A DNA stretch of 64,000 nucleotides from Rhina ancylostomus (Eukaryota): contig JARFYF010000050.1 in the NCBI GenBank assembly GCA_030265395.1, positions 26,411,243-26,475,242 of the forward strand. Direction: 5' to 3'. Below are positions 13,321 through 26,029 of the stretch, in pieces. The notes under the pieces are model-generated. The model was given only the letters and a program-made list of their open reading frames with translations, searched no databases and was not told where the DNA came from. The first letter of the stretch is position 1. Each line of letters opens with the position of its first letter. The position numbers and the translations under genes are program-made.

Positions 13321-13947
13321 GTCTTATTTGGACTTGTCCTTGGGATTTAAAATGGTGCAGCGAATTGCTGAATGTGCAAGCTGATAGGATTGCTGCAGCA
13401 TGGAAAACTTACAGATATTTGAGTTTGACTGCACATCTGTCCCTTGCCTGAAGTCACTCTACCATCTGCACATAAATAATGGAGAAAACCCTTTATCTCA
13501 CTGTTACTTTGACAGCAGAATCTGGCTTGAATGCTTTTTTTTAAAGAGAAAGGTCTGGAGCATGATGTTTGCTTTTGCTGTCTTACTGTTTTTTACTACA
13601 GATATGAACAATTACATTAGAAAAATAACCTTCGGATATCTCATCTCTCTCCTCCCTCCATTTTTGCCATATGTTTGCCAGTGGGGAAAGGAAGAAGAGG
13701 TTTAGATTCGGGGAAATTTGGTTCACAGCACACTGAGTATGCACTTGTATCCCATTATACTGATGGTCATGCATCAACACTTTTAGAAGACGGCAGCATT
13801 TCCTTTTAGAAGTTATCCTAAAACAATCTATACATTTAACAAGACATTTCTGTGGTTATCTTGTTCTGATGTGGCAAGTTGAGGGACAAATGAACTACTT
13901 TACAGATCACAACATGTGTTCATAGGAGCAACTACTTGTTTTCAATT

Positions 13948-15832
13948 TTTTTCAATAAAATAAACTTTATTCATAATAAAAAAGAATCTATATACAATAA
14001 TAAAACAGTTCAAACCTTTGCATGCGTGTACAGTTCCATTCCTAGTGTTACTTCTTGTATATAAAGGCACAGCACCAATGCCACTCGTGTGGCTCCCTGG
14101 GGTGATACTCCAATCCCGTATTTACAATATTTGAGGGGCTTCCTCACCTGACCCCACTGCTCCTTCTCCTGTGGCAGAAGAACCCTAGACTGTCGTCCTT
14201 CCCCACCGAGCCCTTGTGTTGGCCGCACCCAGCTTCTCAGCATGTACTCCTGCAGCCTGGAATGTGCCATTCAGCAGCATTCCCCTACAGACATCTCACA
14301 GTGTTGGGAGACCAACAATTTCCGGGTAGATAACAGGGCGTCTTTCACCGAATTGATGACCCTCCAGCAGCAGTTGATGTCCGTCTCTGTGTACGTCCCC
14401 GGGAACAGCCTGTAGTTCAGAGAAACCTCTGTTACACAGCTGCTGGCGATGAACTGGGACAAGGACCCCTGCATCTTTCACCACACCCTCTTCGCGAACC
14501 CATGCTCCACAAAGAGGTGGGTGACTGTCTCCTCCCCAGTGCAGTCTTCCCGGGGGCAGCGCATGCTGGGGTTATGCCCCAGCCATGCAGGAGGGATCTG
14601 ACTGGGAGGGTCCCTCTCACCGCCAGCCAAGCCAGGTCTTGGTGCTTGTTGGTGAGGCATTTTACCAGATGGTCTGGCCAGTCTGCTCAGGGAACCAGCC
14701 TACTCTGTCCATCGAGTCCTTCTCCTGCAGTGTCTGCAGGATGTTCCGCACTGACCACTATCTGATGGACTTGTGGTCAAAGGGATTGGTCCGGAAGAAC
14801 TTCTCCACAAAGGACAGGTAGTGCAGCAAAGTCCAGCTGACTGGAGCATAGTGTGGCCACAGGGCCAGACCAATCCTTTGCAACAGTCAGGACAGGTCGA
14901 ACCTTGGTACATAGTGGCGCTTGGTGCGCACATATTTGGGTTCCTCAACCAGCCTGATGCAGCCACAGACAAAGGATGTCATCAGGATGAGGGTGACACT
15001 GGGGACAGCTTTACCCCCCCTTGTCCAGGGACTTGTGCATGGTGACCGGTCGGACCCGCTCCATCTTGGATCCCCAGATGAACCGGAAGACGGCACGGGT
15101 GATCTCCAAACCAGAGGAGCGAGGAACAGGCCACACCTGCGCCAAGTACAGCAGCCCTGATGACCAAGTTCTTCCCAGTCATCGATAGGGAGCACCGTTC
15201 CCACAGTCCCAGTTTCTGCTTCACCTTCCCGATCCACTCCCGCCAATCTTTGTTGCACACCTTGGCCCCCCCCCGATCCCGATCCCCAGCACCTTCAGAC
15301 AGTCAGGCCTGATGGTGAAGGGGACGTTGGATCGGTTGGGCCAGTTGCCAAAGAGCACGGCCTCGCTCTTCGCGCAGTTCACTCTGGCCCCGATGCCAAC
15401 TCAAACTGGCCACAGATGCTGATCAGTCTGCGAACTGACCTCAGGTCCGAGCAGAAGACGGCGATGTACAGGGAGGTCTTCACCCCTCTGATGCTCTCGT
15501 CCCTCCTGATGGATTTGGCAAAGGGCTCTATACAGCACACGAACAAGACAGGGGAGAGAGGGCAGCCCTGCCTGACTCCAGACTTGATGGGGAAGCTGTC
15601 TGTTCCCACCCATTGCTTTGGACTGTGCTACTGATGTCTGTGCAGAGCAGTTGGATCCAATTCCTGATTCCCTCCCCAAAGTTCATTTTGGAGAGCATGT
15701 CCAACATGTACGTGTGTGATATCGTGTCGAAGCCTTCCTCTGGTCCAAGCTGACCAGGTAGGTGTCCACCCCTCTGTCCTGCACATAGGCAATGGCGTCC
15801 CTGAGCAGCACGAGGCTGTTAAAGATCTTCCT
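13948..15832 (-). mobile_element. 5'-truncated Tx1-clade (L1/Tx1) non-LTR retrotransposon, ORF2 RT plus Zn-finger, frameshifted
   Basis: RKIFNSLVLLRDAIAYVQDRG..LVSLDQ; FPIKSGVRQGCPLSPVLFVCCIEPFA; KVKQKLGLWERCSLSMTGKNLVIR; CPREDCTGEETVTHLFVEH. GC/CpG-rich. AATAAA and an A/T-rich 3' end lie at ~13950-13980. Confidence 0.9.
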
Positions 15833-16150
15833 GAGCAAGGATGTCTTGCTACAATTATACAAGGCCTTGGTGGGACCTCTCCTGGGTATCGTGGGCAGTT
15901 CTGGTCTACTTCTCTGAGAAAGAACACACTTGTAATAGAGGGAGTGCAGTGAAGGTTCACCAGACTGATTCCTGAGATGGTTGGGCAGTGACGTGAGGAC
16001 ATATTGAGTCATCTAGGCCTGTACTCACTGGAGTTTAGAAGCAAGAGTAGACATCTAATTGATGCATGCAACATTCTGACAGGGATCCATAGGCTGGATG
16101 CAGGGAGGATATTTCCCCTGGCTGGGGAAGGGGAGATGACTAGAATGAGG
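15833..16150 (+). mobile_element. CR1 ORF2 3' fragment abutting the Tx1 5' junction
   Basis: SKDVLLQLYKALV...QFWS...EGVQ*RFTRLIP...LGLYSLEFR-coding sequence. Confidence 0.75.
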
Positions 16151-16299
16151 GAATTCCTCTTTCTCTGATGCCCCAGTGTGTGACTCCCTCTATCCCTAAC
16201 CCTCTATTGTGTAGCCCCATCCATCATTATACCTTTAACGTGTGAAGTTATAATCCAGCATGCATGATGCCTGACTCTCTTTCCAGATCTGTGTACCTA

Positions 16300-16415
16300 T
16301 ATGGCTGTATGTGTGCGTGTCTGTATCTGTGGGCATGTGTGTCTGTTTTTGTGTGTGTATCTATGCGTGTGCACGTGCATCCATGTTTGTATTTGTGTGT
16401 CTGTATTTGTGTGTG
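16300..16415. repeat. degenerate (GT)n microsatellite running into an N-gap
   Basis: GTGTGCGTGTCTGTATCTGTG...GTGTGTGA. Confidence 0.8.
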
Positions 16416-16976
16416 ANNNNNNNNNNNNNNNNNNNNNNNNNNNNNNNNNNNNNNNNNNNNNNNNNNNNNNNNNNNNNNNNNNNNNNNNNNNNNNNNNNNN
16501 NNNNNNNNNNNNNNNNNNNNNNNNNNNNNNNNNNNNNNNNNNNNNNNNNNNNNNNNNNNNNNNNNNNNNNNNNNNNNNNNNNNNNNNNNNNNNNNNNNNN
16601 NNNNNNNNNNNNNNNNNNNNNNNNNNNNNNNNTCTACTTCTCCTTACCCTGACCCTTCCTTTGTCCATCCCTCTCTCCCTGACCCTTCTGTCTCTATCAC
16701 TACGTCCCCCTCTATATTCATCTCTGCTCGGTTGTGTCCTAACCTGTTGACCCTCACCAAATGAATCACAGTATTACCGCTTGCACCAGCCTTTCTCTGC
16801 TGGTTTTGTAAACACTGTCTTTACAGCCCATAATGACAAGAGTCCCCCCTTTCATTCCATGCAGCCTTGAAGCAGTNNNNNNNNNNNNNNNNNNNNNNNN
16901 NNNNNNNNNNNNNNNNNNNNNNNNNNNNNNNNNNNNNNNNNNNNNNNNNNNNNNNNNNNNNNNNNNNNNNNNNNNN

Positions 16977-17105
16977 CATGTACGTGTGCGATATCCTGTC
17001 GAAGGCCTTCTCCTGGTCCAAGCTGACCAGGCAGGTGTTCACCCCTCTGTCCTACACGTAGGCAATCGTATCTCTGAGCAGTGCAAGGCTGACAAAGATC
17101 TTCCT
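16977..17105 (-). mobile_element. second Tx1 RT fragment (remainder probably hidden in gap 16877-16976)
   Basis: Encodes LVSLDQEKAFDRISHTYM. Aligns with substitutions to 15706-15832. Confidence 0.85.
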
Positions 17106-17479
17106 TACTCATCATGCACTGAATGCCGAGATACATTGAGCTTCATGTTCAATAAGCAATGTATGTTGCCAGAATATGTTAGCAGTTACCCGTGTTATTC
17201 AGGTTGATTTTATTTTATAAATTTTTTAAGAATACTGATTTATTTTATTATTTAGTTTAGTTTTATTTGATTCTAAGTATTGCCAACATTGAAGACATTT
17301 GACAAAACTGGGAGTAGGGCTTTGCTGGCTGTTAAGGATTTCTGGATGGTGTTGAGTGTAAGGCTATTCTGGCCGCTTGACAATTTGTTACGTTGTTGCT
17401 GACCAGTCACTACTCAGGCTCATGACACTCAGTTTTGGGGTCATGATCTCCATGAGTACATCTCTAGCATTATCTTTTT

Positions 17480-17697
17480 TCCTGACACTTACTTAGACTA
17501 ACGAGTATTCAGTATATATATATATCCCCTGATACTTACACCAACCAGTGTCTATATCCCTGAACTCAGACCAACTCGTGTCTATATCTCTGTTACTCAG
17601 ACCAACCAGTGTCTATATCTCTGACACTCAGACCAGCCAGTGTCTATATCACAGGCACTTCCTCAGACTAACCAGTATCTACATCCTTGACACTCAA
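17480..17697. repeat. ~31-bp minisatellite, about 5-6 degenerate units
   Basis: Unit ACTCAGACCAACCAGTGTCTATATCTCTGAC repeated head-to-tail. Confidence 0.85.
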
Positions 17698-18219
17698 ACT
17701 GGTTCTTCCTTATTGTAGAAGGACTGTAGGTTTATGTTAAGTTTACTTTCCATTATTGGCTTTTTGAAAAGCCCATCACCAGCTCAAAAAAGGAAAAATG
17801 AAATTCATCCTGTTGGTTATTACACAAAACCTCAGAATGTCCAAACCACTTTACAAAGACTGACATTGTTGTGGTAGCGATGTAGAACTGGTGTGATCTC
17901 TCTGCAGAGCTGGGTTTCCTGTTCATATCTGTGCAAACCTGGACATCTACTTACTGTCAGCTCCTTACTGGGGATTTTACAACTCAGCTGCTTTCAAACA
18001 CCAGAATCTTCTTGGAGTGCAAAGCCATGGCAATTTCTCACCATTTACAGTGATTAATCTGTTTAAACAACCTGTGACCTGCTGCAGGAGTGGCTATGAG
18101 GGTTAAACCTGTGTATTAATATATTTAGATTTTTGGTTTTTGTTAGGTGGTTTAGTTTTTTTATATTTCTTAATTTGTTCCATATGTTTTTCAAGATTTT
18201 CATTTAGTTAACAAATTTT

Positions 18220-18615
18220 AGAGTCATGGAGTTATAGAGTAATACATCACAGAAACAGGCCCTTCGGCCCAACTCATCCCTGCCAACCAAGGGGCCTGCC
18301 TAAGCTAGTTCCATCTGCCTGTGTTTGGCATGTATCCCTCTGAGCCTTTCCTATCCATAAACTTATCCAAATATCTTTTCAATGCTGTTATTATACTTGC
18401 CTCAGCTACTTTCCCTGGCATCTTGTTCCAGATATAAACCACCTACTGCATGAAGAAGTTGCCCCTCAGGTTTCCTTTTCCCCTCACCTTAAAAATATGC
18501 CCTCCAGTTTATGATTCGGGAAAAATGACTGTGTGCATTCATCCTACGTATGACCCTCATTTTATACATGTCTATATGTTCACCCCCTCAGTCTCCTATG
18601 TCCCAAAGAGTAAAG
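18220..18615 (-). mobile_element. CR1 3' end
   Basis: Reverse of the CR1 tail (CACAGAAACAGGCCCTTCGGCCCAAC) and 3' UTR (TATCCCTCT...CTATCC...TATCCAAATATCTTTT). Confidence 0.8.
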
Positions 18616-21012
18616 TATTTTTATTATAAATTTTTTATGTTTATGTCAGAAACATTCAGATATATTCATAAGTTGTGACAGCTGACTAAGCTAGGATGCA
18701 TTGCATAGCCAGTCATAGAAGGTTTTTTCACTCAGTTTCAGTGGCACGTCTTGTTCCCCAGCCACACACACCCATCCTTAGGCCAGCCTTCAACATGATG
18801 AATAATCCTGTATGGCCTCAAAGTCAAGGGTCTGGCAACCTTCATCTAGAAGCTCCCACTAAGGAATGAGAACAAGCTAAGTCTGAGCTCAGTCCAGAGT
18901 TCAGCAGCAAGTGACAGCAGTTCAACAAGGCATTGTGTTTGTCAGTTCCTAGTATACTTTCAAAGATTTGACCCAATTAAATCTGTTAAAAAACAAATAG
19001 CCTTTAAGTTCTAGATGATCAGAGAGGGTTCATAGACCAACAGTGTAGACATGCTGAATTATGTGATCAAGACTGTTGGCATTTGTAGTGGGGTGCAGAT
19101 GTTATGTCCATGCCAATGAGTGTCAACATTTTGGCAGCATGAAGCAGCTTGATGATGGAGAATATGTCAGATAAGGTCCAATAACAAAGTAAAATCTTGT
19201 TTAGTTCTCTGTTAACATTCAGGAAAAGTAAACTGGCATCCTCATGTAAGGCAGTCTATCTGTAAATCCTTAAGATTGACTGGAATATATTCTCTGAAAT
19301 AGCCTAGCTTGCTTTGGAATGAGGAATAAGTGCTGGATATACAAGTAGTTATCATGTTCTGTGCATGAATGAAAAAAAAGTATTGTGCTGCTATCAGGAA
19401 TCAGCTGCTGCAACCATTTACATTAAGGAACATTTAATCAACTAAGTCAAGCTCCCAATGGTCTGCTTGGAACAAACTGGCCATCAACGATCAGCAGCAA
19501 AGTTTGTCTTAGATCTCAACACTTTCTTGATCAAACATAAAAGTCCAAGATGAGCTTGATGTTGGATGTTGGCGCATTGCCCCTGCCTCTCCTGTGCTGA
19601 GTCTAGTGGTAGAGCAGTGTCATTCTGAGGCCAGGATGCATTTCATATCCAGACCTCAGCTTTGCACCAGAGAAAACTGATGTGGAAACAGTGAGTCTGA
19701 ACACACCTGAACATGGTTACTGATCCTGTGGAAAAAGCAAAATATCTGAGTTTATAATTATTTTGAATAACTAAAGATATTTCTACTTATTTTTTTCTGT
19801 CAGATAAAATAATGATTTTTAAAAATAATTATTTCTTTTAAAAATCATTTTTAAATGCTTTGGTCTAGAAACATTTAAAAACTGTTCAAAAGCCTTTTGG
19901 CAACAACAGCTGGCATTTGGGGCTATGCCAAGGCTAAGTCCTCAGCAGTAAGTCACTTGGGCCGGGTGGTTACTCAGAACCCACTGGCAGTCAGCTTGGG
20001 CAGCTTTATATCCAGGACAGGTAAATGAGGGCAGTGGACCAGGTCCAGCATAATCCAGCCCAGTTGGTCTGCCACTTTGAGATTTCCCATGTCTGTCAGG
20101 ATGAGGATGCTCTCAGACTTCTTGGCTTTGCAAATCACAAACCCTCAGGCATCAATCTGCAGAAAACTGCTAAACATCAATGACTAGCACAAAGACTCAT
20201 GAATGTGCAAATATTAGTGAGTGGTGGAGGGAGACTGAAGATTAAAGAGGTTTAAAAAGATGTAATGCACCCACCTCAAAGGTGTCTAGACCTTTCAATT
20301 GTGCCCCTATACATGGTTTGCCTGAAATCTTCTCCACGCCAGGATCCACTAGGCAGGTCGAAGCCTTCAGACTGGGAAGAGAGTGCAGCAGGGAGTATTT
20401 TGGTGCAGGAACCTAGAAGTATAGAAATTAACTTCAGGACATAAGTGCATTTCCTTCTCTACGGCCAGTTAGGTTGAAAGTGGTGAAAAATAGATGTCAG
20501 ATAAATCTGATGACATGGGTGTGAAGCAGGGGGAGGTCAGATATTTAATGTGTTGGGGGAAGGGGACAATTACACATTTAAAAACATCTACTCTTTATGG
20601 CCAACACACAGTATAATACAGCACTCACTCCATGATCCAGATGTCCTTGCTTTCTTTAATTGCTGGGATTCCAAAGTGTTGAACTTACACCTCCACACAT
20701 TAAGACTAACAACCCAGTTACAATGAAGAAATGTAGATCATTTTATAAAGTTTCTGGGCCTGACCCACTCACTCTTCCCATTGCCAAATGCATAAAACAG
20801 TCATCCATCTTACTACCCACCCCTGTTAAAACTGGTGGTGACTTGGTCCTTGAGCTGGGGATTTATTTAGTTGTTAACCACTGACTCACCACTTGATCCC
20901 TCCTTCCAGTACTGAGCATTCCACAGGACTGGAAAACAACAGAGCACCTATCCATCCCATGTTTTACATAATGAGACCTCTGCCAGTTTAAGACATTTTA
21001 ATCATAATGCTA

Positions 21013-21167
21013 AGCAAAGAGCAAGCTCACAGAGAACCCAAATGCAACACACTGGTACAGGACACTTGCTCAGGACCAAACACCAGCAGCAACTGGAAAG
21101 GATCTTGCCTCAGAGATCTGAGGAGGAATCCCAACACAAACTGAATCTTCAAACAGGAATAAAGAAC
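21013..21167. repeat. unclassified dispersed repeat, copy 1 (copy 2 at 56251-56416)
   Basis: Shared blocks AGCAAAGAGCAAGCTCACAGA.AACCCAAATG, CAGCAACTGGAA and TTGCCTCAGAGATCT.A.GAGGAATCCCAACACAAACTG. Confidence 0.75.
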
Positions 21168-24100
21168 ATAGAACTGCTCTGGAGTAGACCACTCTAAGCA
21201 TCCAAGAGCCAAAAGTCAACCAATACTCTGGCAGCTAGTGCTAGAGAAACCCAGGTACTTATGCTAGGCCCCTGATGGGGCTCAGGTGAGTGTCATTATA
21301 CAATCAGTCCANNNNNNNNNNNNNNNNNNNNNNNNNNNNNNNNNNNNNNNNNNNNNNNNNNNNNNNNNNNNNNNNNNNNNNNNNNNNNNNNNNNNNNNNN
21401 NNNNNNNNNNNAGCATGGAATCCATGTGCTGTACAATAAGGCATCTAAGGAGCCAAATCAAGGGCCAATATTCAGAATCATGACACATTTACCCCAGGCT
21501 GATGGGCTCAAATTCAGGGCATTATCAGAACATAAATTGCATCCCAAGTTTCCACACTCAATGTCTCAGTGCTGTTTCACTTTGCTAAAGGATTCTGCCT
21601 TGGGTTTTGCTGATTAATGAACTGAATCTAAAGTGATAATTTTTGCTGCTAAGTACATTCCATAACTTGTACAACATGTGAGTGTTCAATGAACACAAGG
21701 ATATATGTATATCAGGAAATTTATTTAGACAAATGTTGCCTTGTATTTATAAAGGGAAAGTTTTCAGCCTTAAAGCAGCTAAGACTGGCCTGTTCATAAT
21801 GGCCAGATTAAAGATTAAAGCCAATGCATCAATACTTCCAAATGTTAGCGTGAGGCTTTATATCAGAAGACCAAATGTTTGGCCATCAGTGTCACTTATT
21901 TTCATACACTTCATATGAGGCACCCATTGAAGTGAAAAGCAAATGTGTTTTTAAGAAAATTTATGGAAGGAGTTGATACACTTAAAGTTGAGATTCCTCT
22001 ATTACATCTCACTCAATTCTGAATGAGCTGGAAAAGTTCTTTGGGCTGTAACAGCTGTTGGACATTTTACACACGCAAATAAGAGACCGAATGTAAGTGT
22101 GAGGCACCCTCTGTTAAATCTTTCAGATTTGTACTGCTGCATTGAGCAAATACAAATCTACGTCTGTCTGCATCGGCAACCATGAAAATGCAACTCTCAT
22201 GATGAGATTTTAAAATGCGCATATTTGAATGGGAAACAAATAGAGCAGGAGTGTTTGTACAACCTTTTTAAATACATTTTTTCAGGATCTGAATGTTGCT
22301 GGTAAGAATAACATTTATTGTCCATCCCTAATTGTCCTTGAGAAGGTGGAGAACCATCTTCTTGAATCACCTGGTACTACATTTAGTGAACACAGACTTT
22401 TTACACCAATTGCTGCCCATATTTATCGCCACTATCTCAAACTGAACAGTTCATTCCATTGCAGTGATCTAATGACTCATTGCACTTGGAGAACGTAGTT
22501 TATGCAGCTCACAAACTCCATAACAATGAGGCCCAGAGGCCAGTAACAGNNNNNNNNNNNNNNNNNNNNNNNNNNNNNNNNNNNNNNNNNNNNNNNNNNN
22601 NNNNNNNGCAGCACCAGGTTGAACCAAAACGAGACGCCCATCTGCTGAAACTGCATGTTAAACAGAAAAGCAGCTTGATATAGATGAAGACAAGCAATAC
22701 TACAACAACTGGTCAGGTCATGGCCGTGAGGTTCTGACACATCCAGTCTTTGATGGTGGCAGATAATTAATAAGTAACAGGAGAAGGAAGCTGCCACGAC
22801 TATCCTCCAACCTCCATCCAGAAGAGAGTCAGCAATAAGGCTGAAACATTTATCTTCAGCCTAAAGAGTCAAATGAATGATTATTCTTGAGGATGAAATC
22901 CTAACCATCATGTCAGCCAGTCTTTGGCCACTTGATTAGCTCCATGTGATGTCCAGAAATGGCTAAATGTAACTGGATACAGCTAAGGTCATGGGGACAG
23001 ACAGAACTGCTTTGATTTTACTTCACTCAGGGATTCTCATGATTTGCGCTTTCTTCAGTTAAGATGTTGGATAATGAATCTCCCACTCTCCCACTAACAA
23101 GCCAGCAACTAGAAGGAGCATGTCACAGATTATTACTAATTCTTCTCATTAGTTTTCAGTCATCAGTAGACTATTCTTCCTATCACTGGCCAGGACTGGA
23201 ATGCTACCTTGGGAAGAGTATTGGACATGATTCAGTGTATCGCCACTCTGTGGCATAATACATAACAGCAGCAGTATATTCAGCATTGGATTAAAGTGCT
23301 GACTCCAATCCTTATCAAAAATAAGACAAAGTGAATAGGTACACAGTGCTCAGTAAGCTAACAGGGTGAAGACAAAACTATCTAAACAGTTAATAATGAA
23401 TTGAGTATTGGACAGCAATGTAGAGCAATATTACTCATCAAGAAAACAAATGTGATTTCTTGATTATTATCTGCTCTTTTAAGTTGTTAGTTATTGCATT
23501 GTTTACCTGATTTAAATGTTCCTGACAGTTGATTTATTTAGAATTACTTTTCTATCCAAATTTCAGAAAGCAAAAGTTATAAATATTTGTCTGATCATCT
23601 GTATGATAGCATGTCAAACTAAAATCAGCCCAGATGTTGCTTTACTCTGTTGCCAACTTCCTGACATAGATTTTTTAAAGTTGCAAGTAATGAAAAAGAC
23701 TGTAAAAAAGGCATTAGTGTTTAGTAGGCAGCTGTCATTAAAGTGAAGTCAAATGTAGCAAATCCTTCCAGACCTCTCATTAGACTGTTTACATTTTCAA
23801 ATGACAACAACTGCTCAGTCTCTAACCTCCTCTGTAATTAAAGAGGTGGAATCTCTTTCACGTGCCTCTGCTCACACATACAACCTCAAATCAGACATTC
23901 CTCCTGACACTTAACAACTCTGTCAAACCATGAGAAATGCATCAATTTAAAAATAAATCAGTTGGATGATGACCTTGCTTGTGTGGGTGTGGCTGGGAAC
24001 GGGAATGTGGCAAGAAATGAAATTGTAGAGAAATAAATTTTTAATAAGCCAGTTGAATGAGGCTGAAAATCTCCAGTTTGGTTAGTTACCAGGAAAAGTG

Positions 24101-24399
24101 CTGGTCTGTGATACATTGAACTGACCTGATTCTATCCCTTAGAAATTCCTCAGCTCCTTGCATTGTTAACTAACCTTTGCATGTTATGCTAACCACAAAA
24201 GGACCCCATGGATTATGATTATGTTTTAGTGTAGCAAGTCTTCCTGGAAGCTGGACATCATCTTCACTAATTGAACACCTAGAACTTCCAGGCAGTTAAT
24301 CACTCTGCTATCTTGGCAGGGCTGCTGGCTCTTAAAGGGACACTGAGCATGGCAATCTGACTGTAGCAATGGCTGACATAGAGGAGATAGAGGCAGTAG

Positions 24400-24640
24400 A
24401 GAGAAGGGGGCCAGTTCCCAGTTCCCTATATTAGTGACAGTGCTGAAGAGATATCCATAGATCATATGGGGGTGAGGAGGTCGGGTACAATGCACTGAGA
24501 GGTACAGAGGTTCTCAAGGACTACCATCAGGAGACGATTGCAAAAGGTGGCAGAATTCTTTACCATTGGGAGTGAAATTCCAAGGAGGATGGAGCAATGT
24601 GGAAAAAGATACTATGATCTCACGAGATATGTCAAAGTGA
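24400..24640 (+). mobile_element. PIF/Harbinger-type Myb/SANT DNA-binding domain relic
   Basis: ORF from 24538 reads QKVAE...IPRRMEQCGKRYYDLTRYVK, resembling the W.EVA...PRT..QCRKKFNDLTR.VK pattern. An upstream PYISDSA segment resembles the PRFSD start. No transposase seen. Confidence 0.45.
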
Positions 24641-25049
24641 AAATCTTCCTCATGGATATTGCCTTCAACAGGAGCACCCATATCCCCCAGCCCATTCACA
24701 TCTCCCCTATCAGTGACCCACAATCATTGATACACCACCACATTTCCCCAACCTCTATCCATAGTCATCTTTCACTCACAAACATGCTACTCCACCCCAC
24801 CCACTTTCACCCACGTGCCCCTACACCGCCAAGTCCTTTCATATATAACCACACCCTCCACACCCCCTACCCATTCAACCACAAACCCTCACGCTGTGTC
24901 TACCTGCAGTCACCCACATTCATGCTCAAGCATTGCCATTCACAGTCATAGTAAAATCTCCATGGACTTTATCACATAACCTCTACTGCCAATGTATTTC
25001 AGCAGTAATGCTCCTTGTTGTCTGTCATTTATGCTGTGCCATTGGTTCC

Positions 25050-25500
25050 AGGGATGAGGGATCTTAGCTGCAGGATGGAGATGCTGGGGTTACTTCTTTT
25101 GGAGGTTGAATGAGATTTGATAAGGTTTACAGGATTATTATAGGTTTTGATAAGTTGGACAATGGAAGACTGTTCCCATTAGCTGAGGATGCAAGTGGTG
25201 GGGGGGAAGAGATGATACAGGTTTACGTATCTAGACCAGGATATGGGAGGCTGTGTGGAAGAACTTTTTTGGATGCAGTGGTAATGACCAGGAACTGGTT
25301 GTCCTGGTTGTGTATGGGGGCATGGGTTAGTAGGAGCAGACAAGGTCAATAATTTCAAAAATAAATTGGATAGGCTCTTGAAGGAAAAAAAACTTGCAGG
25401 GCTATTGAGTAGAGTGAAATAATGGGACTGACTAGATTATTCTGCAGAGAGTTGACATGGACTTAATTGTCTTAATATCCTCCTTCAGTTCCTTAATGAG
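25050..25500 (+). mobile_element. CR1 3' end, decayed
   Basis: KVYRIIIGFDKLDNGRLFPLAE-coding segment plus 3' UTR (GGGACTGACTAGAT...CATGGAC). Confidence 0.7.
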
Positions 25501-25787
25501 TCTATGACTCTTCTGAACATTATCCTCAAGCATGGTCTGAGTGCTCCTGTTAAGGATTTGTAGGATACAACAGACTCTGAAGGAATATCTCTCTCCCTGG
25601 GTTGCAGAGCAGAATGTCTTCAGACTAATGCAGATGCCGCAATCACTTTTTGAAAATCATTATGGTATTTTCCACTAGTGTCTTGGTAAGTCTGTGTTTT
25701 TCATTCGAGTGATGCAGGAGTTTGTACAGGTATGTGCAAGTATCAGAATCCATTAAAGTAACAGGAAGTCCTTTATACACAAGATCC

Positions 25788-25922
25788 ATGGCCTGATGTA
25801 GGGTCTTGACCCTAAATGTTGACAATATACCTGCCTCCGCAGATGCTGCTTGACCTGCTGAGTTCCTGAGCATTTTGTTTCTCTGCTCCAGACTGCAGTA
25901 TCTGCAGTGTCTTGTGTCTCCA
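25788..25922 (+). mobile_element. Penelope terminal-repeat (pLTR-like) solo unit with decayed hammerhead-like motif
   Basis: CTGATGTAGGGTCTTGACCCTAAATGTTGAC...AGATGCTGCTTGACCTGCTGAGTTCCT..GCATTTTGT...CTCCAGA..CAGTATCTGCAG. Same unit as the 3' end of the Penelope at 46597-46740. Confidence 0.75.
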
Positions 25923-26029
25923 GCTGACACATGTGCATGGTTGGAGATCTGTACACAATGACACTTATCTCATTGATGACAGCCACCCCAGCCTCAGGAA
26001 CTGAATTGCAGTATACAGATATTACTTGC

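Noticed and set aside
15628-16012. 109-124 aa ORFs spanning 15832
   Set aside because: Chimeras of Tx1 RT and antisense CR1 sequence.
17480-17697. Regularly spaced ~31-bp repeats resembling a CRISPR array
   Set aside because: Units are head-to-tail without unique spacers, there are no cas genes and the context is vertebrate. It is an ordinary minisatellite.
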